From positions 1 to 17,082 of the forward strand of contig JAYKHR010000119.1 of the NCBI GenBank assembly GCA_035285125.1: DNA of 17,082 nt, read 5' to 3'. Source of the stretch: Candidatus Sericytochromatia bacterium. Its GTDB lineage: Bacteria; Cyanobacteriota; Sericytochromatia; S15B-MN24; JAQBPE01. Positions 1 to 8,915 of the stretch are shown here, in pieces. The notes beneath the pieces are model-generated. The model was not told the DNA's origin, did no database searches, and saw only the letters and a program-made list of their open reading frames with translations. The translations under genes and the position numbers were made by a program. Within the stretch, counting starts at the first letter, position 1. Each line of letters begins with the position of its first letter.

Positions 1-1314
1 TGCTACATCGGCCGCGAGGCCCTCGCGCGCATCGATCAGCGGCTTGCCCGCGAGGGCCTGGCGCTGGCCGAGCTGCTGCCCGTGCTCGTGCGGGGGCGCC
101 TGGAGGTCCGGTTCGGCCGCGTGCAGCTGCAGCTCGAGGAGCTCGACCCGGCCTACACCGTCGGCAAGACGCGGCTGTCGCTGGAGCAGGCCTACGCGAA
201 GCTCGACCGGGAGGGCCTGGCCCGGCGGCAGGCCGCGCTGCCCTGGCCCGAGCTGCCGCTGCGCGTCGGCCTGGTGGCGGGCGCCGACGGCGAGGGCACG
301 CGCGACTTCCGGCGCACGCTGGAGGAGTCGGGGCTGCCGTTCAGCCTCCGGCTGGAGGCCGTCAGGATGCAGGGCGAGGGGCTGGAGGCCGCCCTCGTGG
401 GGGCGCTCGAGCGGCTCGCGGCGGCTGACGTGGACGTGATCGCCATCGTGCGCGGCGGCGGCGCCGGCGCGGACCTGCACGGCTTCAACGCGCCCGGCCT
501 GGCCCGGGCCGTGTGCACCTGCCCCAGGCCCGTGCTGATCGGGATCGGGCACGACCACGACCGCACCCTCCTCGACCTCGTGGCCCGCTCCCAGCGGACG
601 CCGACGGCGGCGGGGCGCCACCTCGTGGACACGGTGGCCGCCGCCGTCCAGGCCCGAGAGCTGCGCCTGCGTGACGCCTTCGGCCGGCTCGCGGCCAGGC
701 TCTCGACGGACCGGGCCCGCCTGGACGGGGCCGGCCGAGCGCTCGGGGCGGTGCCCGCGCTGCTGGCGCGACGGGCCGACGCCCTCGCGGCGACGCGCGC
801 GCGGGTCGAGCACCGCTGGCGGGCGGTGGCGGCCGAGGCATCACGGCAGCTGGACGTCGGCGCCACCCAGCTGCGGGCGGTGCCCGAGCGCCTGCGGACG
901 GAGGGCCTGCGGCTCGAGGGCGCGGCGCGGGACCTGGCGCGGGCCCCCGGGGTTCGCCTGCAGCGCGACCGACGGGCGCTCGACGCCCGGGCAGAGGGCC
1001 TCGCCCGCCTGGCGACCCGGCGCATGGAGGCAGCGCGGCTGACGCTCGCCCGCCGGCCGGTGCTGCTCGAGGGCCGCGCGACCCTGCTGACAGAGCGTGC
1101 GGCCCAGGGCATCGCCCTCCGGGCCGAGCGCCTCGCCGCGCGAGACCCGGCCCGGCTGCTGGCGCGGGGCTATGCGCTCGTGACCCGGCCCGGCGGGGGC
1201 CTCGTGCGGGGGGCGGGCGAGCTGGCTGCGGGCGAGGCCCTCCGGCTTCGGATGGCCGACGGCACGGTGGACGTGAGGGTCGAGCAGGCCCGGGAGGACC
1301 AAGGTGGCGGCTGA
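1..1314 (+). CDS. xseA: Exodeoxyribonuclease VII large subunit (5'-truncated by window edge)
   Basis: Frame is open from base 1. OB-fold end (RGRLEVRFGRVQLQLEELDP), DVIAIVRGGG, IGIGHDHD, TPTAAG and C-terminal LARGYALV...LRLRMADG motifs. Overlaps xseB. Confidence 0.93.
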   Translation, partial: CYIGREALARIDQRLAREGLALAELLPVLVRGRLEVRFGRVQLQLEELDPAYTVGKTRLSLEQAYAKLDREGLARRQAALPWPELPLRVGLVAGADGEGTRDFRRTLEESGLPFSLRLEAVRMQGEGLEAALVGALERLAAADVDVIAIVRGGGAGADLHGFNAPGLARAVCTCPRPVLIGIGHDHDRTLLDLVARSQRTPTAAGRHLVDTVAAAVQARELRLRDAFGRLAARLSTDRARLDGAGRALGAVPALLARRADALAATRARVEHRWRAVAAEASRQLDVGATQLRAVPERLRTEGLRLEGAARDLARAPGVRLQRDRRALDARAEGLARLATRRMEAARLTLARRPVLLEGRATLLTERAAQGIALRAERLAARDPARLLARGYALVTRPGGGLVRGAGELAAGEALRLRMADGTVDVRVEQAREDQGGG

Positions 1315-1507
1315 TCCGGCGTCCTACAAGGCGGCGTTGGCGGAGCTCGACGGCCTGTTGCTGCGGCTCGAGGCGGCGGACGTCGACCTCGACGAGCTGG
1401 CCGGCTCAGTGGAGCGCGCGGCGGAGCTCCTCGCGTTCTGCCGCGCCAAGCTGGACGCCACCACCACGCGCGTCAACGAGGTGCTGGCCCGCACGCGGGA
1501 GCCTTGA
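1304..1507 (+). CDS. xseB: Exodeoxyribonuclease VII small subunit
   Basis: 67 aa, SYKAALAELDGLLLRLE..DVDLDEL...VERAAELLAFCRAKL. GGAGG upstream of the GTG start; overlaps the xseA end. Confidence 0.93.
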   Translation: MAADPASYKAALAELDGLLLRLEAADVDLDELAGSVERAAELLAFCRAKLDATTTRVNEVLARTREP

Positions 1508-1508
1508 C

Positions 1509-1602
1509 CAGGCCTGGCTTTCCGCCTCGCGGGGGGCAACCCGCCGGGTCGGGTTGCCGCGGCACCGGCCAGGGCCAGGTTCAGGCCTGGCTTTCCGCCT
1601 CG
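1509..1602. repeat. 21-bp perfect direct repeat CAGGCCTGGCTTTCCGCCTCG (1509-1529 and 1582-1602)
   Basis: Read directly from the sequence. The second copy is the 3' end of the DUF6065-like gene. Confidence 0.9.
1535..1558. terminator. Hairpin between convergent genes (possible terminator)
   Basis: GGCAACCCG-ccgggt-CGGGTTGCC, 9-bp stem, no U-tract. Confidence 0.45.
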
Positions 1603-2309
1603 AAGGGGCGCAGGTGGAGCCGCGTGCGGTGCGAGTGGACCCGCTCCCCCGCGGTGGTCTTGCCCTGGAAGTAGTCCTTCTGCCAGGCCGTCTCCGGCCG
1701 CGAGGTGTCGCGGTTGAAGCTGAGCCGGCTGTCGGCCCAACGCTTGAACGCCTCGTGAAGCTCGGGCGCCTCCTCGATCGGCGCCACGCGCGGCGCGATC
1801 GCCTCGAGCAGGTCCAGCGGGTAGGGCGTCAGGTGGCACAAGGGGAAGCCCGCGGGAAACCGCACGGGGCGTCCGACCTCGCCAAGCCGCCAGTCCGCGC
1901 TGAAGGCCACGGGGGCCGCCGCCGTGTCAAGGAAGAGGTCGAGCGCCATCGCGCCCGGCAGGCCAGCGTTGGTGGGGCCGCGCACCAGCAGGCCGTAGCC
2001 GGGCGCCGTCCGGAAGGCGTAAGGCAGCCGGAAGGCGACGATGCCGAGGCCCTCCCGCTCGCCGATCCAGGGGGCCCAGCGGCGTCCGGCCTCCGGGTCT
2101 GTGGCCCGGAAGGTGACGGCCTGCCCGTCCCAGACGGCCTCGAGGTCGAGGGGGCACGGCACGACCCAGCCCGCCTGGTTGGCCATCGACAGCGGCAGGC
2201 AGCGGTAGGCGAAGCGGAAGTCCGTCTCGTCCATCCAGGTGCGGGCCACCTCCGCGGGCACGAGCTCCATGCCCGGGCCCTCCAGCAGCCGGATCGCCTC
2301 GAACCTCAT
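1581..2309 (-). CDS. DUF6065-like protein (paralog 2)
   Basis: Start reassigned to ATG 2309 (GGAGG RBS, 11 nt after the upstream stop). RTWMDET..RFAYRCLPLSMANQAGW, FRTAPGYGLLVRGPTN and WQKDYFQG match my recollection of DUF6065. Confidence 0.75.
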   Translation of the reverse strand: MRFEAIRLLEGPGMELVPAEVARTWMDETDFRFAYRCLPLSMANQAGWVVPCPLDLEAVWDGQAVTFRATDPEAGRRWAPWIGEREGLGIVAFRLPYAFRTAPGYGLLVRGPTNAGLPGAMALDLFLDTAAAPVAFSADWRLGEVGRPVRFPAGFPLCHLTPYPLDLLEAIAPRVAPIEEAPELHEAFKRWADSRLSFNRDTSRPETAWQKDYFQGKTTAGERVHSHRTRLHLRPFEAESQA

Positions 2310-2320
2310 GCCGTCCTCCC

Positions 2321-3091
2321 TCAGCGCGCGGGCCCCGCCGGGCGCTTGAGCCGCAGCCGCGCCTTGCCCGGCAGGTCCTCCGTGGCGATCGCCGGCGTGT
2401 CCGCGGCCCAGGCATGCTGCCACGTGCCGTCCGCCGCGACCTCCGGCGCCTCGCCGACAGCCCACGGCTCGCCGTGCCGCAGCACAGGCTCCACCTGCTC
2501 CAGCATGTCGAGCGGGAAGGGCACCACCATCAGCAAGGGCTCCCCCTTCTGGAAGCTCACGGGCCGGTGGGGCGCCTGGATCCGCCAGTTCATCGTGAAG
2601 GTGGACTCGAGCCAGTCCGCCTCGACGAGCCCATCGAGCGGCGTGACGCCCTCGACCCAGTGGTTGGCCGGGCCCCGCACCAGCAGGCCGTGGCCGGGTG
2701 GCGTGCGGAAGAGGTAAGGGATGCTGAAGGTGACGATGCCGTGGCCGAAGTGGTTCGAGAAGTAGCCCTGGTAGCGGGCCCGGTCCGGGTCCATCGAGGT
2801 GCCCAGGATTCCGTGAAAGGGCCTGGGGTCCCCGTTCCAGGTGAAGGTGATGGAGATGGGGCAGCGCAGCACCCAGCCCGCCTGGTTGCCGCGTGCGAGG
2901 GCCGGGTGGCCCGCCGTTCCGAGCCGGCGATCGCCCTCCTGCCAGGGACGCTTGAGGTCCGCAGGCTCGATGACGACCGGGGCCAGGCCCGGCAGGGCGT
3001 AAGCGATGAATTCGTCTGCGGCCACGCGCGCGTCCCCGGGGTTGCAGGCAGGAGGCCCACCCATCCTACTCTCCCGCGCCCCGGGCGTCAC
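2321..3091 (-). CDS. DUF6065-like protein (paralog 1, diverged)
   Basis: NQAGWVLRCP, SNHFGHGIVTFSIPYLFRTPPGHGLLVRGPAN, LDGLVEADWLESTFTMNW. GTGA overlap with the upstream gene; alternative starts at 3064 or 3025. Confidence 0.75.
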   Translation of the reverse strand: MTPGARESRMGGPPACNPGDARVAADEFIAYALPGLAPVVIEPADLKRPWQEGDRRLGTAGHPALARGNQAGWVLRCPISITFTWNGDPRPFHGILGTSMDPDRARYQGYFSNHFGHGIVTFSIPYLFRTPPGHGLLVRGPANHWVEGVTPLDGLVEADWLESTFTMNWRIQAPHRPVSFQKGEPLLMVVPFPLDMLEQVEPVLRHGEPWAVGEAPEVAADGTWQHAWAADTPAIATEDLPGKARLRLKRPAGPAR

Positions 3092-3501
3092 GCGAGGGCG
3101 TCGGGCTGCGCCTTCACGAACCGCAAGACCTCCTCGGACGCGAGGCCCTCCTCCGTCAGGATGTGCTCGAGGTCCACCCGCCGGCGCTCGGCATCGTCCA
3201 GCTTGCTCACCACCAGCGACGGGGCGATGACCCCGTTCACCACCAGCTTCAACGCCAGCGCGTGGGCCTCGGAGTCGCTGCCGCCGAGCCGCCGCTGCAG
3301 GGCCAGCGCGTGGCGAATCTGCGCCTCCGTGACCAGCCGCATGTCGAGCAGCACCTGGCCGAAAGGGTGCACCTCGCCCGCCTCGCGCAGGCTCTGCTGC
3401 TGCGCCACGGCCCGCTCGAGGTCCGTGCGGGAGAGGGCCCCCTCAGCGACCAGAATGCGGCCAAGCAGGAGCCTCGCCAGCTTGTTTTTGGGGTCGGGCA
3501 A
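3088..3501 (-). CDS. Standalone MshEN-like (T2SSE_N-related) domain protein
   Basis: Tandem motifs LLGRILVAEGALSRTDLERAVAQQ and PFGQVLLDMRLVTEAQIRHALALQ resemble RLGxxLxxxGxxxxxxLxxxLxxQ. TTG start. Confidence 0.6.
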   Translation of the reverse strand: MPDPKNKLARLLLGRILVAEGALSRTDLERAVAQQQSLREAGEVHPFGQVLLDMRLVTEAQIRHALALQRRLGGSDSEAHALALKLVVNGVIAPSLVVSKLDDAERRRVDLEHILTEEGLASEEVLRFVKAQPDALA

Positions 3502-3653
3502 ATCTGAGGCACCTTCTTACTGGACAGCGGAGCGACCAGCCACGGGCCTGTCCTCCAGCCGTCGCCTCGTCAAGCTACCACCACTTGCACCAGATGGCCA
3601 ACGCCGCGCCCCGGGGCGCCAGGCTCAGGCCTCGCCGAGAGCAGGCGGGGCCG

Positions 3654-3886
3654 CTAGAGCTGCGCCTCCGCCAGGCGCTTGACCTGCTTGTTGTTGCTGT
3701 CGACCACGTAGAGGTCGCCGCCGGGGCCGAAGGCCGGCTCATGGGGCCCTGCAGGCTGTCGTCGGCGGCGGTGCCCGCCAGCAGCCGGCCGCCAGGGCCC
3801 GCCAGGACCTCGAGCTGGGTGGCCCCCGGCGTCCAGCGCAGGACGTTGTCGCCGGCCGTGACGTAGAGCCGCTGCCGCGCGTCCAT
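3654..3886 (-). pseudogene. NHL-repeat gene remnant with frameshift
   Basis: [19 protein letters not shown]...DDSLQGP in one frame joins HEPAFGPGGDLYVVDSNNKQVKRL* in another. Adding one base to the G run at 3743-3746 restores an NHL-like repeat. Confidence 0.6.
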
Positions 3887-4001
3887 CGCCCCGGCGTTGC
3901 CCGCCCCCTGGGCCCCGCTGCCCGGCCCGGGGGTGGGCAACCATCCCCAGCCATGGCACGATAGAACGCCGGCTCCCCCGACGCCCGAGAGGTCAACCCT
4001 C

Positions 4002-4859
4002 ATGATCCACGCCAGCGGCACCTTCAACCTTGCCGGCCAGCCCATCCACCGCCTCGGCTTCGGCGCGATGCGCATCACGGGCCCCGGCGTGTGGGGGATG
4101 CCCGCCGACCCCGACAACGCCCTTGCCGTGCTGCGACGGGCCGTGGAGCTCGGCGTGGACTTCATTGACACGGCCGACGCCTACGGCCCCTGCACCTCCG
4201 AGGAGCTGATCGCCAGGGCCCTGCACCCCTACGGCCACGTGCGCATCGCCACGAAGGCCGGGCTCGTGCGCACCGGCCCTGGCCAGTGGATCCCGCTCGG
4301 CCGCCCGGACTACCTGCGCCAGCAGTGCGAGCTAAGCCTGCGGCGCCTCGGGGTCGAGGCGCTCGACCTGTTCCAGCTGCACCGCATCGACCCGACGGTG
4401 CCCGCCGAGGAGCAGTTCGGCCTGCTCGCGGCCTTGCTGCAGGAGGGCAAGATCAAGGCCGTGGGGCTCTCCGAGGTCTCGGTGGCCGAGCTCGAGGCAG
4501 CCCTGCGCATCGTGCCCATCCACTCCGTGCAGAACCTCTACAACCTCACGAACCGCGCCTCCGAGGCCGTGCTGAACCGCTGCGAGGCCCTCGGCATCGG
4601 CTTCATCCCCTGGTTCCCCCTCGCGATGGGCGACCTCGCGCGGCCCGGCAGCCCGCTGGAGGCGCTAGCCAGCGAGACCGGGGCGACGCCGTCCCAGCTC
4701 GCGCTGGCCTGGCTGCTGCGCCGCTCGCCCGTGATGCTGCCCATCCCGGGCACGGGCAGCCTGGCGCACCTCGAGGAGAACTGCGCGGCCGCGCAGGTGG
4801 CGCTGACGGACGCGCAGGTGCAGGCGCTGGAGGCGCTTGGGCGGGCGGCGGTGGGGTGA
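4002..4859 (+). CDS. Aldo/keto reductase
   Basis: [61 protein letters not shown] 4002 with GAGAGG RBS. Confidence 0.95.
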   Translation: MIHASGTFNLAGQPIHRLGFGAMRITGPGVWGMPADPDNALAVLRRAVELGVDFIDTADAYGPCTSEELIARALHPYGHVRIATKAGLVRTGPGQWIPLGRPDYLRQQCELSLRRLGVEALDLFQLHRIDPTVPAEEQFGLLAALLQEGKIKAVGLSEVSVAELEAALRIVPIHSVQNLYNLTNRASEAVLNRCEALGIGFIPWFPLAMGDLARPGSPLEALASETGATPSQLALAWLLRRSPVMLPIPGTGSLAHLEENCAAAQVALTDAQVQALEALGRAAVG

Positions 4860-5144
4860 GGGGCCTCGGCCGGCGGCCTAGCGCCCGGCCGGCCAACCCG
4901 AAGGTGGCTGTAACCTGCCCACCGGACGTGCCTACCGCCGCACCTCCCCCAGCGCCGTGCCCGCCTGCGTCACGACCCGGTAGCGATAGCCCCGCGGCGC
5001 CCGCCCGGAAGGAGCGCTCCACCACGGGCGCACGCGTCGCACGGACGGCGTTCGCGACGACGACCTCGAAGGCCCCCACCCCCGGCTGGTAACCCATCCA
5101 GAGTGCCTGCGACTGCCGCTGCCCGAAGGCCCGACGACCTCCGG

Positions 5145-6185
5145 CTAGGCCCCCGACGGTCGCACCACCACCTTGATCGCCCGCCGCTCGTCCATCGCCC
5201 GGTAGCCCTCGGGGACGCCGTCGAGGTCGACGGCCATGTCGAGCACGGGGCCCGGGTCCAGCTTGCCGGCCAGGACGTCCGCCACGAGCTCGGGCATGTA
5301 GGCCCGCACGGGCGCGACGCCCCCGCGCAGCGCGATGTTCGCGCCGAAGAGCGGGAGCAGGTTCAGGCCGTCTCCGTGCGGCACGCCGACGTACCCGACG
5401 GTGCTGCCGGGGCGGGCGGCGCCGATGGCCGTCTGCATCGACTCCGCCGTGCCGACGCACTCGAGCACGTGGCGCGCGCCGCCGTTCGTCATCTCCTTCA
5501 CGGCCGCCGCGGCCTCGGCGCCCCGCACCGTGACCTCGTCGGTGGCGCCGAAGCGGCGGGCGATCGCGAGGCGCTCCGGGTTGCGGCCGAGCATGATGAT
5601 GCGCGCCGCGCCGAGGCGCCTCGCCGCCAGCACGCCACACAGCCCCACGGCCCCGTCGCCGACGACGGCCACGGTGGACCCGGGCCCGACGCCGGCCATC
5701 AGCGCCGCGTGGTGGCCCGTGCCCATCACGTCCGTCAGCGGCAGCAGGGCCCGCAGCAACGCCTCGTCGTGCTCGACGGCGGGCGGCAGCTTCACCAGCG
5801 TGCCATCGGCCAGGGGCACGCGCACGGCCTCCCCCTGCCCGCCGTCCTGCTCGAGCCCGCCCCAGAAGCCGCCGTGGCGGCAGGCCGTCGTCAGGCCCTC
5901 GGTGCAGAAGTCGCACGTGCCGTCGGAGTAGGTGAAGGGCGCGATCGCCCAGTCGCCCACGGCGAAGCCGCGCACCTCGGCCCCCACCGCCTCGACGCGC
6001 CCGAGCAGCTCGTGGCCCATCCGCGAGCCCGCCGGCCGGCCGCCGTGCCGGAACGGCCAGAGGTCGCTGCCGCAGATGCAGGCGTGCGTGACGCGCAGCA
6101 GCACGTCCGTCGGGGCCCGGAGGGTGGCGTCCGGCACCTGCTCCACGCGGATGTCCAGGGGGCCATGGTAAACGGCTGCGCGCAT
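5145..6185 (-). CDS. Zinc-dependent alcohol dehydrogenase (MDR family)
   Basis: CICGSD, GHE, DGTCDFC...C structural Zn site, GDGAVG Rossmann motif. Confidence 0.95.
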   Translation of the reverse strand: MRAAVYHGPLDIRVEQVPDATLRAPTDVLLRVTHACICGSDLWPFRHGGRPAGSRMGHELLGRVEAVGAEVRGFAVGDWAIAPFTYSDGTCDFCTEGLTTACRHGGFWGGLEQDGGQGEAVRVPLADGTLVKLPPAVEHDEALLRALLPLTDVMGTGHHAALMAGVGPGSTVAVVGDGAVGLCGVLAARRLGAARIIMLGRNPERLAIARRFGATDEVTVRGAEAAAAVKEMTNGGARHVLECVGTAESMQTAIGAARPGSTVGYVGVPHGDGLNLLPLFGANIALRGGVAPVRAYMPELVADVLAGKLDPGPVLDMAVDLDGVPEGYRAMDERRAIKVVVRPSGA

Positions 6186-6306
6186 CTGGGGCTCCTATCG
6201 GGGGGCTAGCTCAGGAGGAAGGCAGGCGCCAACGTAGCACACGGGCGGGCGCGTGTCAGCGGGACCGCGGGGGCGGGAAGCGAGTGCTGGGTGGCCTGAT
6301 GGCGCC

Positions 6307-7725
6307 TCAGCGCCCCACCCAGCGCAGCATGAGGTCGAGCAACCGGCCCGATCGGCCCGCGTAGGGGGGCGCCAGCAGGCTGGCCGCGCTCCAGCGGCCC
6401 TGCACCATCACGGCGCGCTGCTTGGAGAAGGTCTCGAACCCGTGGCGGCCGTGGTAGTGCCCCAGGCCGCTGGGCCCCACCCCGCCGAAGGGCAGGTGGT
6501 GCTGGGCGAGGTGCAGCATGCAGTCGTTGAACGTCACCCCGCCCGACATCGTCCCAGCCAGGACGCGGTCTTGCCGGCGGCCGTCATCGTCGAAGTAGTA
6601 CAGCGCCAGGGGGCGGGGGCGCGCGTTCACGAAGTCGAGCGCCTCGTCCAGTGCATCGTAGGCCACGACGGGCAGCAGCGGGCCGAAGATCTCCTCCTGC
6701 ATCACGGCCATCTCGGGCGTCGCGCCGAGGATGAGCGTGGGAAAGACGAGGCGATCGCCCGGCGCCGGGGCCTCATCGGCCCCGCGCAGCGCCACCACCT
6801 GCGCCCCGCGGGCCTCGGCATCGGCCACCAGCGCCCGCAGCCGGTCCACGTGCGCGTCGGACACGATGCGCGTGTAGTCCGCGTTGCCCACGAAGCGCGG
6901 GTAGCGCCGGGCCACGGCCTCACGCGCCGCAGCCTCGAAGGCCCCCAGGCGCCCCGCCGGGAGCAGCACGTAGTCGGGGGCGACGCAGGTCTGGCCGGCG
7001 TTGAGCAGCTTCGCGCCGAGGATGCGCTCGGCCGCCCGGGCGATCGGGTAGCTGTCGTGGACGATCGCGGGGGACTTCCCGCCCAGCTCCAGCGTGACGG
7101 GCACAAGGTGCTCAGCAGCGGCGGCCATGACCGAACGCCCCACGCGCGTCGAGCCCGTGAACAGCAGGTGGTCGAGCGGCAGGCGGCAGAACGCCTCGGC
7201 CACCTCGCGCCCCCCGAGCACCGCGGTCACGTGCTCCGGCGGGAAGGCCTCCGCCAGCAGCGCCGCGAGGGCTGCGGCCGTGTGCGGGGCCAGCTCCGAG
7301 GGCTTCACCAGCGCGTGGTTGCCGGCGGCCAGCGCGTCGATGAGCGGCCCGAGCGTGAGCAGCACGGGGTAGTTCCAGGCGCCGATGATCCCCACCACGC
7401 CCAGCGGCTGGACCTCGATGAAGGCCCGGGCCGGCAGCAGGAACCAGCTCCCGGGCACCCGCCGCCGCCGCATCCACCGCGCCACGTGCCGCTCCGCGAA
7501 CCGCAGCTGGTCGAGCAGCACGAAGATCTCGAGCGCGAGGGTCTCGGCCGGCGCCCGGCCGCCAAAGTCCTCCGACACCGCCGCCACCAGCGCGTCCCGG
7601 TGCTTCCAAACGGCCATCCTCAGGGCCCGCAGGGCCTCGCGGCGCCGGGCCAGGGTGGCGGGCTCGCGAGCGAAGGCAGCGCGCTGGACATCCAGCATCG
7701 CCTGCAGGGAGGCCTGGAGGCTCAT
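6307..7725 (-). CDS. Aldehyde dehydrogenase, coniferyl-aldehyde dehydrogenase-like
   Basis: WNYP, KPSE, FTGST, LELGGKSP, NAGQTCVAPDY, EEIFGP, PFGGVGPSG. The specific substrate cannot be determined. Confidence 0.93.
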   Translation of the reverse strand: MSLQASLQAMLDVQRAAFAREPATLARRREALRALRMAVWKHRDALVAAVSEDFGGRAPAETLALEIFVLLDQLRFAERHVARWMRRRRVPGSWFLLPARAFIEVQPLGVVGIIGAWNYPVLLTLGPLIDALAAGNHALVKPSELAPHTAAALAALLAEAFPPEHVTAVLGGREVAEAFCRLPLDHLLFTGSTRVGRSVMAAAAEHLVPVTLELGGKSPAIVHDSYPIARAAERILGAKLLNAGQTCVAPDYVLLPAGRLGAFEAAAREAVARRYPRFVGNADYTRIVSDAHVDRLRALVADAEARGAQVVALRGADEAPAPGDRLVFPTLILGATPEMAVMQEEIFGPLLPVVAYDALDEALDFVNARPRPLALYYFDDDGRRQDRVLAGTMSGGVTFNDCMLHLAQHHLPFGGVGPSGLGHYHGRHGFETFSKQRAVMVQGRWSAASLLAPPYAGRSGRLLDLMLRWVGR

Positions 7726-7734
7726 CGGCGCAGC

Positions 7735-8511
7735 CTATCGGAACTTCGCGAGGTCGACCGGGATGCCTTCCAGGGGCAGCCCCTCCGTCCCTTGCGGTGG
7801 TTGCGTCGCCAGGATGGTCGCGAACTTCTGGGTGATCACGCCATCCTTGACCCCGACGTTGCCCGACACCAGCCGGTACTGGGAGGTGGGCGCCGGTGGG
7901 ACGGCCCACATCAGGACGAACCCGATGGAGTCCCGGTTGGCAGGCAAGGGGGAGGTGGTGGAGAGGATCATCACCCCATCGTACTGGATGCCTCCGTAGC
8001 CGAGCTTGACCTCCATCAGCGCAAACGTCAGCCCCGTGGCGCTGACCCCGCTGAAAGCCGGCACGTCGTAGAAGCCGCCCTTGGCCTTCACGGTGAAGCC
8101 ACTGGCCTGGGCCTCGAAGTTCTTGACCGTCATCATGAGCGCGCGCCCCGCGCCGGCCGTGGGGCCGTAGGGCACGACGGCGCTGTCGTAGGCCACGTTG
8201 CCCTTGACGCCATTCGCATCGATGACCTGGGTCTTGTTGACGCCAGGATCCCAGGCGAGCAGCCGGAACGCGCCGGGGGTGGAGGCTGGCGCGGCGGCCC
8301 CCGGCACCAGGACCTTGCCCACCTCCATGCCTGCCAGGGCGGCGGCGGTGGCAGCGGTCGTGAGCCTCGCATCCGGGTTCTGGAGGCCGGCTTGCTGAAT
8401 CTGCGAGAGGTTCGCGTTGACCTGGGCGAAGTCAGCTTCGTTGCAGCCCAGCGCGGCCAGGCCGAGCGCGGCCGTCAGGGTGGCGTGTAGCTGCCGCAAC
8501 CGATGTCCCAA
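7735..8511 (-). CDS. Hypothetical lipoprotein
   Basis: TTG start at 8511 with GGAGG RBS gives MGHRLRQLHATLTAALGLAALG-C (signal peptide II lipobox). The mature region is beta-rich. The stop is 9 nt upstream of the aldehyde dehydrogenase start. Confidence 0.7.
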   Translation of the reverse strand: MGHRLRQLHATLTAALGLAALGCNEADFAQVNANLSQIQQAGLQNPDARLTTAATAAALAGMEVGKVLVPGAAAPASTPGAFRLLAWDPGVNKTQVIDANGVKGNVAYDSAVVPYGPTAGAGRALMMTVKNFEAQASGFTVKAKGGFYDVPAFSGVSATGLTFALMEVKLGYGGIQYDGVMILSTTSPLPANRDSIGFVLMWAVPPAPTSQYRLVSGNVGVKDGVITQKFATILATQPPQGTEGLPLEGIPVDLAKFR

Positions 8512-8641
8512 GCCGACCTCCAGCGATGTAGCACGTGACCAGGCCGTTGTTCCCGGCCTTTGGGCGCCAGTAACGGCCGCGCAGGCTTCAACCAGGCGCA
8601 ACCCTCGGGCGACCCACCGGAAGGGCGGGGGAAGTGCCGGG

Positions 8642-8684
8642 CGAGGGTGGCTGGTGGGGCAGGGTTAGAGCTTGGTGGGGGGGG
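8642..8684 (-). repeat. att-like site 1 (tRNA-Gln 3'-end-like)
   Basis: Minus strand reads G-CTCTAAC-CCTGC-CCCACCA-G-CCA-CCCTCG. It aligns with 12672-12704 and shares its flank with 16046-16079. Confidence 0.7.
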
Positions 8685-8703
8685 TGAAAGCACGACATAC
8701 GCG

Positions 8704-8727
8704 GGCTGTCAGAAGAGCCTGACAGCC
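8704..8727. promoter_or_regulatory. Perfect 9-bp inverted repeat (operator, recombinase site or hairpin)
   Basis: GGCTGTCAG-aagagc-CTGACAGCC between divergent genes. Confidence 0.45.
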
Positions 8728-8915
8728 TGCGGCGAGGACGTGAGGGAGGCCCCCGTGTCGTTGATCGCCGTGCCGAGTACGGGGTGGTTCAGCCTCCGCG
8801 CCAAGGGCGAGCCCGGAAGGCCGCGATGGGCCATGCGGGGGTAAAACGTAGAAGCGAGTACGGCTCTGCATTCAGCCCACGAGCGCCCCGTCCCATCGGC
8901 CTAGCGGAGCTCCCC

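Noticed and set aside
4900..5110. Coding-like stretch (WMGYQPGVGAFEVVVANAVRAT) between AKR and ADH
   Set aside because: No recognisable family or supported start and stop; it may be a remnant but cannot be supported.
6200..6240. GGGGGGCTAGCTCAGG resembling a tRNA 5' end
   Set aside because: No closing D-stem, T-loop or acceptor complement follows.
6253..8490. Long antisense or alternate-frame ORFs (e.g. 6253-8490 +, 14112-15782 +, 10870-12510 -, 1554-2717 +)
   Set aside because: These are shadow ORFs of high-GC genes, overlapping CDSs with clear family motifs.
8664..8673. GTTAGAGCT resembling a Cas9-type CRISPR repeat start (also at 16059)
   Set aside because: Only two copies, 7.4 kb apart, with no spacer periodicity and no cas genes.
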